Part shown: in pieces, positions 36,617 to 45,130 of the stretch
Layout: each line of letters starts with the position of its first letter
How positions within the stretch are numbered: the first letter of the stretch is position 1
Assembly (NCBI GenBank): GCA_041660165.1
Contig: JBAZWW010000006.1
Coordinates: forward strand, 10,337 to 74,336
Reading direction: 5' to 3'
DNA length: 64,000 nt
Source: Patescibacteria group bacterium
GTDB taxonomy: Bacteria; Patescibacteriota; Patescibacteriia; UBA9934
Notes under the pieces: model-generated
What the model saw: only the letters and a program-made list of their open reading frames with translations
Told to the model about the DNA's origin: nothing
Database searches by the model: none
Translations under genes and position numbers: made by a program

Positions 36617-37162
36617 TTAGCGTTTCAAATATTCCTCCCGGCTCATCACCTTTCTCAGGTCAGTAAATTTGTCGAGACAGACGATTCCCTGCAGATGATC
36701 ATACTCATGCTGAATACATTTTGCGAGTAAGCCGTCCGCGGAAACGGTGAACGGTTTTCCGTCAGCATCGTATGCTTGAATGGTAATTTTTGACGGTCGT
36801 TTCACGGGACCGAATAATTGGCCATGCGCTAAACTTCCGCAACCTTCGTACAGGAGAGTTTTGGTTTTCGATAAAGCAATGATCCGCGGATTTATGTAGA
36901 CGCAAAGTACTGAAGCTTCTTTGACTGCTTTTCGCGTAGCGGTCTTTCGTATTTCCGTCACAAAAATCTGCAACTCACTCCCAATCTGCGGGCCGGCCAT
37001 GCCGATCAATCCGTGATGGCGCATGTGGGCAATGAGGGACGCAATGACTGATCGAGTTTCTGGCGAGGAAATATCTGTCACTCGACGAGCCTTCTGTCGG
37101 ATAATCGAGTTCCCCACTTGAATGATGGGTTTCATTTTGAGGCTCATAGAATGTTGCATCAT
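36617..37162 (-). CDS. def: Peptide deformylase
   Basis: 181 aa; GLIGMAGPQIG (motif 1), EGCGSL (motif 2), QHEYDHLQG (motif 3). Confidence 0.85.
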   Translation of the reverse strand: MMQHSMSLKMKPIIQVGNSIIRQKARRVTDISSPETRSVIASLIAHMRHHGLIGMAGPQIGSELQIFVTEIRKTATRKAVKEASVLCVYINPRIIALSKTKTLLYEGCGSLAHGQLFGPVKRPSKITIQAYDADGKPFTVSADGLLAKCIQHEYDHLQGIVCLDKFTDLRKVMSREEYLKR

Positions 37163-37278
37163 CTAAAGCTACACGGTAGCGATAGCGGAACTACCGTCTT
37201 CACAATAGATACATAAGACTCTTATGTATTTTTATTTCGCCCTCATTTTCCCCCTTCCTTTAGAAGATTCAGGATGAC

Positions 37279-38316
37279 CTATTCCTCCCACGGCACTCCC
37301 CCACGGCCGAACATTCCATACGTCGCAGACGCGGCATATAACGGCCGACGGAGATTGAAACGCTCGACAATAGCTTCGGCGCGGAAATCAAAACGGTCTT
37401 TGACGAGATCCGAGAGATCCGTGCCGTCGCCACCGAGGGCCGAAAGCAAAACGGGATCGGCAATGCCAACGGCGTAGACGGCGTGAACAAGAACATTATT
37501 AGCGAGACCTTCTTTCACAAGTTCGCGCGCCACGTAGCGCGCCATGTACGTGCCGGCACGCGCGGGCTTCTGCGGGTCTTTGCCGGCCAGGGCCATACCG
37601 CCGTGCGGGAGCAAACCGCCGTACGCATCGGCGAGAATTTTTCGACCGCTAACTCCGGCGTTCAACGAAAAACCGCCGGCAGTAAACGGCCCGCCGGGGT
37701 TAATGAATAATTTTGCGCCTTCAACATCGCCAAGGATTGGTTTGACGGCATGCTCGAGCAAAAGATTTTGCACTTGCGAAAGCTCCATGTCTGCGCGGTG
37801 AGCGGCAATGACGGTCACGTGCTCGATTTTCTTTCCCGACATAGCCAACTGAATTTTGCCATCGGGCTTGAGCCAGGCAAAGTTCGGATCGCTACGCCGT
37901 AGATCGTCGATCCTTCGCGCGAGCGCGTGCGCGAAGACAACCGCGGGCGGAAGCATCTCACGCGTTTCGCGCGTAGCGTAACCATAAATGATCGCCGTGC
38001 CGTGCGCGCCCGCCACCCTGGGCATCATGGGCTTCAAGTTGTGCGTTGAGCTGGGTTTTTCAAGGTTTACAAAAAATTCAACTGGCTCGTTATAGCCCAC
38101 GTCTTCATAGGCTTTGCGGGCAATCTCAGCCACGTCAAAGTCGGCCTTGGACTCGGCCACTCCCCCAAGCATGACCATCCCGTTAGAACCAAGGGCCTGA
38201 ATGTCCATCCGGCTGACCGGATCCCGGCGCAAATACTCGTCCACCACGGATTCAACAATAATGTCGCAAATTTTGTCAGGATGACCAGCGAGCGGTGCCT
38301 CAACAGCCTTGAACAT
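37279..38316 (-). CDS. metK: S-adenosylmethionine synthetase
   Basis: MFKAVEAPLAGHPDKICD...GGGAFSGKD-like core and C-terminal FGRGGVPWEE. The 484-aa track ORF has a ~139-aa spurious N-terminal extension; true start at MFKAV (~38316). Confidence 0.85.
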   Translation of the reverse strand: MFKAVEAPLAGHPDKICDIIVESVVDEYLRRDPVSRMDIQALGSNGMVMLGGVAESKADFDVAEIARKAYEDVGYNEPVEFFVNLEKPSSTHNLKPMMPRVAGAHGTAIIYGYATRETREMLPPAVVFAHALARRIDDLRRSDPNFAWLKPDGKIQLAMSGKKIEHVTVIAAHRADMELSQVQNLLLEHAVKPILGDVEGAKLFINPGGPFTAGGFSLNAGVSGRKILADAYGGLLPHGGMALAGKDPQKPARAGTYMARYVARELVKEGLANNVLVHAVYAVGIADPVLLSALGGDGTDLSDLVKDRFDFRAEAIVERFNLRRPLYAASATYGMFGRGGVPWEE

Positions 38317-38377
38317 AGATAGGGAGAGTTTAGAGCAGGCCGTCCATTGACGCAATGCCCTCTTTTCCTTAGGATCT

Positions 38378-39367
38378 TTGTCTCGTTCCTTCCCACAGGA
38401 GTTTCCCATGGTCCCCAAGCGAGCAGACCCTGCGCGCCTGGCCAGGCCGCGCGCGAAAACCAAGACCCAACAGAACCGCGAGCTCTTTGAAGAGTTGGCT
38501 AAAGCCGACAAAGCCACGGCGGTCAGGCTACGGAATGAAATAGCTACTTTCAATCTGCCGCTCGTGACCACCCTGGCGAAGCAACAGCTTTGGCGCGCCG
38601 AGATGTCCAATATGACCCTGGAAGATCTCATCCAGGAGGGCTGTTTTGGCCTCATGACAGCCATAGACAAATTCGACCTCAGCCGGAACAAAGCGTTTAG
38701 CACCCACGCGGGCTGGTGGATCAGGCAGGTCATTTGCCGAAAGCTCGACGAAAATAGCGGTCAGCATGGCGGACGCATGCCCACCACCAAAGCCCAATTG
38801 ATCGCCACGGTTAGGCGAGAGAAAACAAAGTTGGAACAGCAACTTGGCCGAATGCCCACGGAACAGGAGATCGTTAATCGCTTCGTGGATCCCGCTGATG
38901 CGGGCCAAAGGCGGTACAACACCGCGCAAAAGAACGTTCGCGGAGCACTCCGCCTGGCGGAACAACGCATCTTTGCTCTAGACATGGCAAATGATGAGGG
39001 CGAATTCCCTGGCCACAGCCTGATCCCGAGCGAGATAATATCGCCCGAAACGATTGCTACCGCCAGATCGGAACTAGCTGAACTCAATGATCTGCTGGCC
39101 ACCATAAAAAGCCTCCTGGAAACACATGGCCACCGTGACGCGGATATCATGCGTCTCCGTCTAGGGATGGACGACGAAGAGATCCCTCCCCTTGAGTCCC
39201 TGGGAGAAAAATACGGCGTGAGTCGCGAAAGAATCCGGCAAGTGGAGCTGAAGGTCAATCGGCACATTAACCGCGTCATTCGCCCAAGAACAAGCTCATC
39301 GGCCGCTGAGCTGGTGCGTCGCCGTAGAAAAATCCTTGACCTTCTCAAGGGCAGTTACGTCTTTTAG
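38378..39367 (+). CDS. RNA polymerase sigma factor, sigma-70 family (compact RpoD/group-3-like)
   Basis: 329 aa; region 2 (QEGCFGLMTAIDKFDLSRNKAFSTHAGWWIRQ), regions 3 and 4 (LESLGEKYGVSRERIRQVELKVNRHINRV). Confidence 0.75.
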   Translation: MSRSFPQEFPMVPKRADPARLARPRAKTKTQQNRELFEELAKADKATAVRLRNEIATFNLPLVTTLAKQQLWRAEMSNMTLEDLIQEGCFGLMTAIDKFDLSRNKAFSTHAGWWIRQVICRKLDENSGQHGGRMPTTKAQLIATVRREKTKLEQQLGRMPTEQEIVNRFVDPADAGQRRYNTAQKNVRGALRLAEQRIFALDMANDEGEFPGHSLIPSEIISPETIATARSELAELNDLLATIKSLLETHGHRDADIMRLRLGMDDEEIPPLESLGEKYGVSRERIRQVELKVNRHINRVIRPRTSSSAAELVRRRRKILDLLKGSYVF

Positions 39368-39429
39368 CGCCCCGCCTCTCACCGGTCGATACCGGAACGG
39401 AGAGATGCCCGGGGCGTTTGTTGTTTTAT
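39366..39429. repeat. 64-bp direct repeat copy 1 (embedded intrinsic terminator: long GC hairpin + TTTGTTGTTTT)
   Basis: AGCGCCCCGCCTCTCACCGGTCGATACCGGAACGGAGAGATGCCCGGGGCGTTTGTTGTTTTAT; identical copy at 40468-40531. Confidence 0.85.
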
Positions 39430-39503
39430 TGACTTTTTCTCTTATTTTTGTTATTATTTTTGGTTACTCGTTCTGTAAAAAACCCTTTTGTTCGGAGGAT
39501 GCT

Positions 39504-40445
39504 GTGAACAATAAATCCACGCTCAACGCCTGGCGGAACCCTACGGCCGTGCAGATGATCGCGGAAACCTGCCCGCACGACCAGGGAGACCTGATCAGCC
39601 TGCGGCAGCTCATCATGCTCGCCGTGGAAATCGAAGAGTGGTCGCGTTTTGAACGCCTGCTTTTCGCCGTTGCTGACCTGGCCGTGAAGCGCGCCGGCAG
39701 CAACGACTGGCGCGCAAAAAGCGTCCTCGACATGGGCACGGCATGGGGCATCGCAAAAACGAATGACGGATTCGCGCTGAAGCTCTCAGATGAGATCAGC
39801 CTGAAACTCATGCCCGAAATCATGCCCAAGGAATACCGGGACTCCCCAGCCCTGCGGGCCATCCTGCAGTTCCCGAACGGGAAGGCCGGCAAAAAGTTCA
39901 AAGACGCCGTGACCGAGCGCAAGAAACTGAACCGCTCCGTGTTCGGCAACGTCATCATGGGAGGCGTTCAGTTCTCTCCTGAACTCTACGTTCAAGGTAC
40001 AGATGAATACGACATGATCTTCAGCCGGGAAGGCAGGGAACGGCTCGGCGGGCGCGCAACCGTAGTCAACCAGAACGTCTGGAATCGCGGTTCGTCAATC
40101 TTCATGATCGAACCGCTCCCCGGCGAAGCGCCAATCGTCTTCTACACGAACGGAAACGCCACCGGCCTGCTCGGCCTTCCCGAACCAAGCGAAGGAGTGA
40201 AACTCGTGCACTCCGACACGAGCGTGTTCGCCTCCGTGGGCCCGTTCTCGCTCGCCCTGCAGATCGATGACCGGCCTCAGCGATTCGCGCATCAGCGTCG
40301 GCGCGACCTGATCGCAGTCTTCGAGGACATGACGTTGCCCGTCGTTCCTACACGGCATGAGGACGAACTCGCAGGACTCGAAATGAGCTACGAGGATCTT
40401 CAGCCGAATCCGGATATTCGGGAACCGTCCGAAGACGAATACTAG
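39504..40445 (+). CDS. Hypothetical protein (no recognisable domain; acidic C-terminus), bracketed by the duplicated terminator
   Basis: GTG start 7 nt after a GGAGG RBS (the ATG of the longer track ORF lies inside the terminator); ~313 aa. Confidence 0.5.
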   Translation: MNNKSTLNAWRNPTAVQMIAETCPHDQGDLISLRQLIMLAVEIEEWSRFERLLFAVADLAVKRAGSNDWRAKSVLDMGTAWGIAKTNDGFALKLSDEISLKLMPEIMPKEYRDSPALRAILQFPNGKAGKKFKDAVTERKKLNRSVFGNVIMGGVQFSPELYVQGTDEYDMIFSREGRERLGGRATVVNQNVWNRGSSIFMIEPLPGEAPIVFYTNGNATGLLGLPEPSEGVKLVHSDTSVFASVGPFSLALQIDDRPQRFAHQRRRDLIAVFEDMTLPVVPTRHEDELAGLEMSYEDLQPNPDIREPSEDEY

Positions 40446-40467
40446 CGCGAAAAAATACACGCGCCTG

Positions 40468-40531
40468 AGCGCCCCGCCTCTCACCGGTCGATACCGGAAC
40501 GGAGAGATGCCCGGGGCGTTTGTTGTTTTAT
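40468..40531. repeat. 64-bp direct repeat copy 2 (terminator), shared convergently with hicA
   Basis: Identical to 39366-39429; ends at the hicA stop codon. Confidence 0.85.
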
Positions 40532-40758
40532 AACAGCTTTATAAACTCCTCACGGCTCAAACCTGCTTGGACCATAATTGATGCAACCACATCTCCGGGT
40601 AAATCAAACTTTGTATGAAAAGGAATCGTTACTCGAAGGGCGGATTTTGAAGAATGGCGAAGTTGGACATGGCTTCCCTTCTGATGATGGATGACGAACC
40701 CGGCGCGGAGCAGGGCTTGCAATACTTTTTTCGGCTTCAAGGACGGCAGCTTGCTCAT
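40528..40758 (-). CDS. hicA: HicA-family mRNA interferase toxin
   Basis: From the internal Met: MSKLPSLKPKKVLQALLRAGFVIHHQKGSHVQLRH... (YcfA/HicA fold with the GSH motif). The N-terminal 47 aa of the track ORF are probably not translated. Confidence 0.7.
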   Translation of the reverse strand: MSKLPSLKPKKVLQALLRAGFVIHHQKGSHVQLRHSSKSALRVTIPFHTKFDLPGDVVASIMVQAGLSREEFIKLL

Positions 40759-40762
40759 ATCA

Positions 40763-41011
40763 CTAGACTGCAACAAGCATCTCTTCATGAATGAACGAGC
40801 GAGACGGGTGGAGCGTTTGCTTATCTTTACGTAAACCCTCAAGATGGCACGCAATCGCCTCATGAGCCATGTCACGAGCCTCTTCAAACGTTCGACCAAA
40901 AGTCACTACTCCTGGCAACGAGGGAGCCGTTACCTGATAACCCCCGCGCACTTTTTCATAAAGCACGGTCACCGCAAATTCTTCTGTGGTTGTAACCGGT
41001 TTAGACTTCAT
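40763..41011 (-). CDS. hicB: HicB-family antitoxin (UPF0150)
   Basis: 82 aa; YQVTAPSLPGVVTFGRTFEEARDMAHEAIACHLEGL matches the HicB RNase-H-like fold; 4-nt gap to hicA. Confidence 0.7.
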   Translation of the reverse strand: MKSKPVTTTEEFAVTVLYEKVRGGYQVTAPSLPGVVTFGRTFEEARDMAHEAIACHLEGLRKDKQTLHPSRSFIHEEMLVAV

Positions 41012-41048
41012 ATATTCAAAGAATAGCGGATGGAAGCAGGAGCGTCAA

Positions 41049-41078
41049 TTTGACCGTTCTCTGTTTCTCGTGTATACT
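41049..41078 (+). promoter_or_regulatory. Sigma-70-like promoter TTGACC-18-TATACT upstream of the DEAD-box helicase gene
   Basis: Followed by a ~100-nt structured 5' UTR. Confidence 0.45.
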
Positions 41079-41178
41079 CCTCTCTTAGATATTTGTGCCA
41101 TTTCAGGCACCTCGAACTCCGTTTTTTTGCAGATTTTGCAGCTAAAACATAGGGGTCCGGGTATCATCTAATACCCCT

Positions 41179-42693
41179 ATGGTTAACGCCTCAGAGGCCC
41201 AAAGCGTCAGCTTTGATGACCTCCCATTGGCGCCCCAGATCAAAGAGATCTTGGCCGCCCTCAAGTTTGTTACGGCTACTCCTATTCAAGCAAAAGCAAT
41301 TCCCGTGGCCATGGCCGGCACGGACGTTATTGGCATTGCGCAAACCGGCACGGGCAAAACGCTTGCGTTTGGCGTGCCAATGATTGAACGCCTGGCGCGC
41401 CACAAGGGTCGAGGCCTCGTAATCCTGCCAACGCGCGAGCTTGCCCTCCAAGTTGAGGAAGAGCTCCACAAAATTGGCGGAAAAATTGGCATGAAGACGG
41501 TTGTCCTGATCGGCGGTGCCAACATGGGCAAGCAGATTCGTGATCTAAAAGCCAAGCCCCACGTCATCGTGGCTACTCCCGGTCGTTTGATTGACCACAT
41601 GGAGCAGAAGACCGTCAGACTCGACGAAGTAAAAATTCTTGTCCTCGACGAAGCTGACCGCATGCTGGACATGGGTTTCGCTCCCCAGCTTAATAAAATT
41701 TTGATGACGGTGCCGAAGGAACGCCAGACGCTCCTTTTCTCTGCCACTATGCCCCAGGACATTGTGTCCATTGCCACCAAACACATGAAGACGCCGGTCC
41801 GCGTGGAAGTGGCCCAACAGGGTACGGCCGCTGAACGTGTTACGCAGGAACTCATCATGACGGAAAAAGTAAACAAGCTGTCATTGCTCGCGGCCCTTCT
41901 TAAGGAGTACGCCGGCACAGTCCTTGTCTTCTCCCGTACCAAACACGGTGCTACCAAAATTTGCACGGCCGTAAAAAAGATGGGCCACACAGCTGCCGAG
42001 TTGCACGCTAACCGCTCACTCAGTCAGCGCCGTGAGGCATTAGACGGTTTCAAGATTGGCAAATACCGCGTCTTGATTGCTACGGACATCGCCGCTCGCG
42101 GAATCGATGTTAAGGGAATCGAACTGGTTATCAACTACGATCTCCCTGATGCTTCAGAAGATTACGTCCACCGCATTGGCCGTACCGGCCGTGCTGGTAA
42201 GGAAGGTAAGGCAATTTCTTTTGCTACACCTGACCAGATGCAGGATATTCGTTCGATCGAGCGCCTCATCCGCATGAAGCTCCCGGTGTCCCGCCGTACA
42301 AACTTGCCGCGCGTGGATTTCCCCGCCTCTACGTACGCTCCATCAGCACCTACGTCATCCCGCCCACCGTACCGGAAATTCGGTTCGTCTCAGGGAGGAG
42401 AGCGTTCAGCTCCGCGTTCACGCCCGTTTGGTGCCAAGCGGTTTGCACCCGACCAAGGCGGGGTTTCAAGCCCCGCATTCGTACAGGGCAAAACAACCCC
42501 AACCGTGGCGCAATCAACCGCCCCGCGTACTGAAGGCTCCCGCCCGCCGTTCAAACGCGACGGCTTCAAAAAGTCCGGCCCAGGAGGCAAAAAGCCCCGC
42601 GGTTTCCGCAAGTATGAACCCGCCGCCCGCTTTGATGAAGACTCTGACAAGGGTCCCTCAACCGGCCAGTACTCGTTCAAGACAACGATCTAA
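41179..42693 (+). CDS. DEAD-box ATP-dependent RNA helicase with RG/P-rich C-terminal tail
   Basis: Q-motif, AQTGTGKT, PTRELA, DEAD (VLDEADRMLDMGF), SAT, HRIGRTGRAG; ~130-aa basic Arg/Gly/Pro-rich C-terminus. Confidence 0.9.
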   Translation: MVNASEAQSVSFDDLPLAPQIKEILAALKFVTATPIQAKAIPVAMAGTDVIGIAQTGTGKTLAFGVPMIERLARHKGRGLVILPTRELALQVEEELHKIGGKIGMKTVVLIGGANMGKQIRDLKAKPHVIVATPGRLIDHMEQKTVRLDEVKILVLDEADRMLDMGFAPQLNKILMTVPKERQTLLFSATMPQDIVSIATKHMKTPVRVEVAQQGTAAERVTQELIMTEKVNKLSLLAALLKEYAGTVLVFSRTKHGATKICTAVKKMGHTAAELHANRSLSQRREALDGFKIGKYRVLIATDIAARGIDVKGIELVINYDLPDASEDYVHRIGRTGRAGKEGKAISFATPDQMQDIRSIERLIRMKLPVSRRTNLPRVDFPASTYAPSAPTSSRPPYRKFGSSQGGERSAPRSRPFGAKRFAPDQGGVSSPAFVQGKTTPTVAQSTAPRTEGSRPPFKRDGFKKSGPGGKKPRGFRKYEPAARFDEDSDKGPSTGQYSFKTTI

Positions 42694-42733
42694 ATAACCG
42701 AAAACCACTCGCCATAAACGAGTGGTTTTCTCT

Positions 42734-42901
42734 TTATCCCCACCTCGATAACGAATCGCTTAAAACCATGTTGCAATAGAAGGGTCAGAAATAGCAAACT
42801 CCCCATTTAGTTGGCGGAGTTTTTGTTTGTTTTATTCGATAAAAGGAGGCCTATGTAGAAAACTATCCGTGAGCTATACTTTATTCAGTAATACCTTTCG
42901 T
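42734..42901. repeat. ~165-bp direct repeat copy 1 (promoter/leader region of a small-protein gene)
   Basis: ~90% identical to 43723-43889 (TTATCCCCACCTCG...ACCATGTTGCAATAGAAGGGTCAGAAATA...TTTTGTTTGTTTTATTCG.TAAAAGGAGGCCTATGTA...). Confidence 0.8.
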
Positions 42902-43108
42902 ATGGATAAACAGGAATTTACACAGATACTCACCCAGGCTCTCTCCGACCAATCTCGCGATCTGCGCGAGTACACTGATCAGCGCGTCTCTGCTTCGGAA
43001 AGACGAATCCTTGATGGCGTGGGCGAAATGTTCGATGGCCTGAGTCCGCAGTTCAACAATCACGAGCGCCGAATTCTAAAACTTGAGAAACTCGTCCACG
43101 CCACATAA
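42902..43108 (+). CDS. Small conserved hypothetical protein, paralog 1 (68 aa)
   Basis: C-terminal 38 aa nearly identical to the paralog at 43890-44153 (DQSRDLREYTD...GVGEMFDGLSPQFNNHERRILKLEKLVHA). Confidence 0.6.
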   Translation: MDKQEFTQILTQALSDQSRDLREYTDQRVSASERRILDGVGEMFDGLSPQFNNHERRILKLEKLVHAT

Positions 43109-43119
43109 TGCCCCACAAA

Positions 43120-43150
43120 AATCCCGCCGTGAGGCGGGGTTTTGTTATTT
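43120..43150. terminator. Bidirectional intrinsic terminator (CCCGCCGTGAGGCGGGG + TTTTGTTATTT)
   Basis: Between the convergent small gene and lipoprotein gene. Confidence 0.7.
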
Positions 43151-43675
43151 CGCCTTGAACGAAGCGAAGATTTGATCAATGTCCTTCATCTGCTCCACAT
43201 ACTTGTCCTGCCGACCGTCATAAATGTAGGACCAAGGACCGGTTTTCGCCACGACGCCTCCGTAGAAAGCGCTCGTCGCATTACTGCCGAGGAGTTTCTC
43301 TGTTGGGTACTTGGCCATCTTTGACTGGTCTTTCAAGTCGATCGACATGATGGCAAACAAGTACAACAAGTCCTCGCCCTTTGGTTCGTAATAAAATGCG
43401 CGGGATTTTCCAGGCACGTCATAGGCCAAAAATTCTTCCTTTGGCCCATAGCCGTCAAAGTCCTCAAAGTTCTTAATCCCCATCCAACGTTCCGGAAATG
43501 AAAACGAATAGCGAGGATCCTCCGTAAACTCGAAGGTCAAAACCTTGCTCGGTGGTGTCTCAATGACAACGTCAGGAACAGTGTAGTTCGAAGCCGGCGC
43601 TGGAATGGTCGAGGACTGAGCGCACCCGACGCCGAGGAGCATGAGAAGCGCGATCGACAAAAGTGATTTTTGCAT
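43145..43675 (-). CDS. Putative lipoprotein / secreted protein
   Basis: From the internal Met: MQKSLLSIALLMLLGVGCAQSS (signal peptide with Cys). The longer track ORF runs into the repeat. Confidence 0.55.
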   Translation of the reverse strand: MQKSLLSIALLMLLGVGCAQSSTIPAPASNYTVPDVVIETPPSKVLTFEFTEDPRYSFSFPERWMGIKNFEDFDGYGPKEEFLAYDVPGKSRAFYYEPKGEDLLYLFAIMSIDLKDQSKMAKYPTEKLLGSNATSAFYGGVVAKTGPWSYIYDGRQDKYVEQMKDIDQIFASFKAK

Positions 43676-43722
43676 ATGGGGAGATGGTAGCACAAAAATA
43701 GCCAGCGGACGGAGAAGTAAAC

Positions 43723-43889
43723 TTATCCCCACCTCGCCCAGCAAACACCTTAAACCATGTTGCAATAGAAGGGTCAGAAATATCAAACTCCCCATTTACT
43801 TGGCGGGGTTTTTGTTTGTTTTATTCGGTAAAAGGAGGCCTATGTAAGAAATCGTCAGTGCGTTATACTTTATTCAATAAGCATCTCAT
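43723..43889. repeat. ~165-bp direct repeat copy 2
   Basis: See copy 1. Confidence 0.8.
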
Positions 43890-44153
43890 ATGAATGAACA
43901 GATAATTCAGAAATTACTAACCCAGGCGCTTACGACCAATAACAAGGTCCTTCTTGGCCAAGTCAAGGAATATACCAATCAGGCCTTGGCCGATCAATCC
44001 CGAGATCTCCGAGAATATACCGATATGGAACTTAAAAGAACAAGGCAAGAAATCCTCGAAGGCGTAGGCGAAATGTTTGATGGCCTGAGCCCGCAGTTCA
44101 ATAACCACGAACGGAGAATTCTCAAACTAGAAAAACTTGTTCATGCATCGTAA
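43890..44153 (+). CDS. Small conserved hypothetical protein, paralog 2 (87 aa)
   Basis: Same family as 42902-43108 with a 20-aa insertion; followed by the terminator CTCCGCTCCACATGGGCGGAG + TTTTAG. Confidence 0.6.
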   Translation: MNEQIIQKLLTQALTTNNKVLLGQVKEYTNQALADQSRDLREYTDMELKRTRQEILEGVGEMFDGLSPQFNNHERRILKLEKLVHAS

Positions 44154-44210
44154 CAACCTAGCAAAACTCCGCTCCACATGGGCGGAGTTTTAGTTATCCC
44201 CATGACATTC

Positions 44211-44265
44211 TTGCGTTCGGTTTCCGTTCGGTTATGATAAGGGTAGACAAGAACAGATCGCGAAC
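44211..44265 (+). promoter_or_regulatory. lexA promoter (TTGCGT-16-TATGAT) overlapped by two direct-repeat boxes, GTTC-N7-GTTC (44215-44229) and GAAC-N7-GAAC (44251-44265): candidate LexA operators
   Basis: Motifs read from the sequence. GTTC-N7-GTTC is the alphaproteobacterial-type LexA box (established knowledge); its relevance here is inferred. Confidence 0.4.
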
Positions 44266-44292
44266 AAGTGATCTGAGATAATTTACACATAT

Positions 44293-44913
44293 ATGGCTCC
44301 TCTGCCGCCACTCACTAAGAGACAGCGAGACGTGCTCGACTGTATAGAAGCCTTTGTGAGAAAGAACAGCTACACGCCGTCGTACCGAGAGATCGCCGAG
44401 AAGCTGGGTCTCTCTTCACCGGCCACTGTTCATCAGCACATTAAGGCGCTGTGTGAGAAGGGCATCATCAATACGGGCGAGCACGGGATCGCGCGCTCGA
44501 TCGAAGTCGTCGAGACAGAACTCGTCTCCCCGCTCGCCATCATGCTCCCGCTTTCAGGATTGATTACCGCGGGCGAACCGATCGAAGCGATCGAAGACAG
44601 GGAGACGATCGCCGTGCCAACAGACTTCGTGCTTGACCCAATGAATTCGTACGTGCTCAAAGTGAAAGGACGATCAATGATTGAGGACGGGATTTTTGAC
44701 GGAGACTTCGTCGTCATCGAAAGAAATCCTTCGCCGAAAAATGGAGACATTGTCGTGGCCTTACTCGACAATGCATACGCAACGCTCAAACGTTTCTACC
44801 GAGAGAAAGACCATATCCGTTTACAACCCGCCAACAGCTCAATGAAACCTTTCATTATCAAAGGGGACATCAATATCCAGGGAATAGTAAGAGCAGTGTT
44901 AAGAAAGTTCTAA
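44293..44913 (+). CDS. lexA: LexA repressor (S24 peptidase)
   Basis: 206 aa; N-terminal winged HTH (YREIAEKLGLSSPATVHQHIKAL); C-terminal S24 domain with Ser (VKGRSM) and Lys (TLKRF). Confidence 0.9.
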   Translation: MAPLPPLTKRQRDVLDCIEAFVRKNSYTPSYREIAEKLGLSSPATVHQHIKALCEKGIINTGEHGIARSIEVVETELVSPLAIMLPLSGLITAGEPIEAIEDRETIAVPTDFVLDPMNSYVLKVKGRSMIEDGIFDGDFVVIERNPSPKNGDIVVALLDNAYATLKRFYREKDHIRLQPANSSMKPFIIKGDINIQGIVRAVLRKF

Positions 44914-45130
44914 AAAACTCATATGTCAATCCTCGCCTTACGCCGCTACCAAGTGGCGCCGGATTATTGCATCTCAGTTGTGACCGTGAGGGATAAGAAA
45001 CAGCGAGTTTCAAAACTCAGAATTCACCGCCGAAGAATAAGACAAACGTTTCGAACGATCCTCGCGCAGGTTTCGCTGCCCCGATACGTCACGTTCAAGC
45101 ATAAGCTCCGATAATTCATAGCAACCAATA

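Noticed and set aside
37163-37278. Hairpins (ACGGTAG...CTACCGT; ACATAAGACTCTTATGT + TTTTTATTT) between def and metK
   Set aside because: The T-tract orientation fits a plus-strand terminator, although both flanking genes are on the minus strand. This may be a weak bidirectional terminator for metK, but the evidence is too ambiguous to annotate.
37279-38733. 484-aa ORF-track version of metK with a 139-aa N-terminal extension
   Set aside because: The extension is low-complexity, lacks homology and would run through the divergent promoter region. MetK homology begins exactly at the internal MFKAVEAPLAGHPDK, so the start was moved to ~38316.
43145-43795. Full-length 216-aa version of the lipoprotein ORF, and the 93-aa version of small paralog 1 (42827-43108)
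   Set aside because: The N-terminal extensions are encoded by the duplicated promoter/leader repeat. The conserved protein sequences begin at internal Met codons preceded by the shared AAAAGGAGGCC RBS region.
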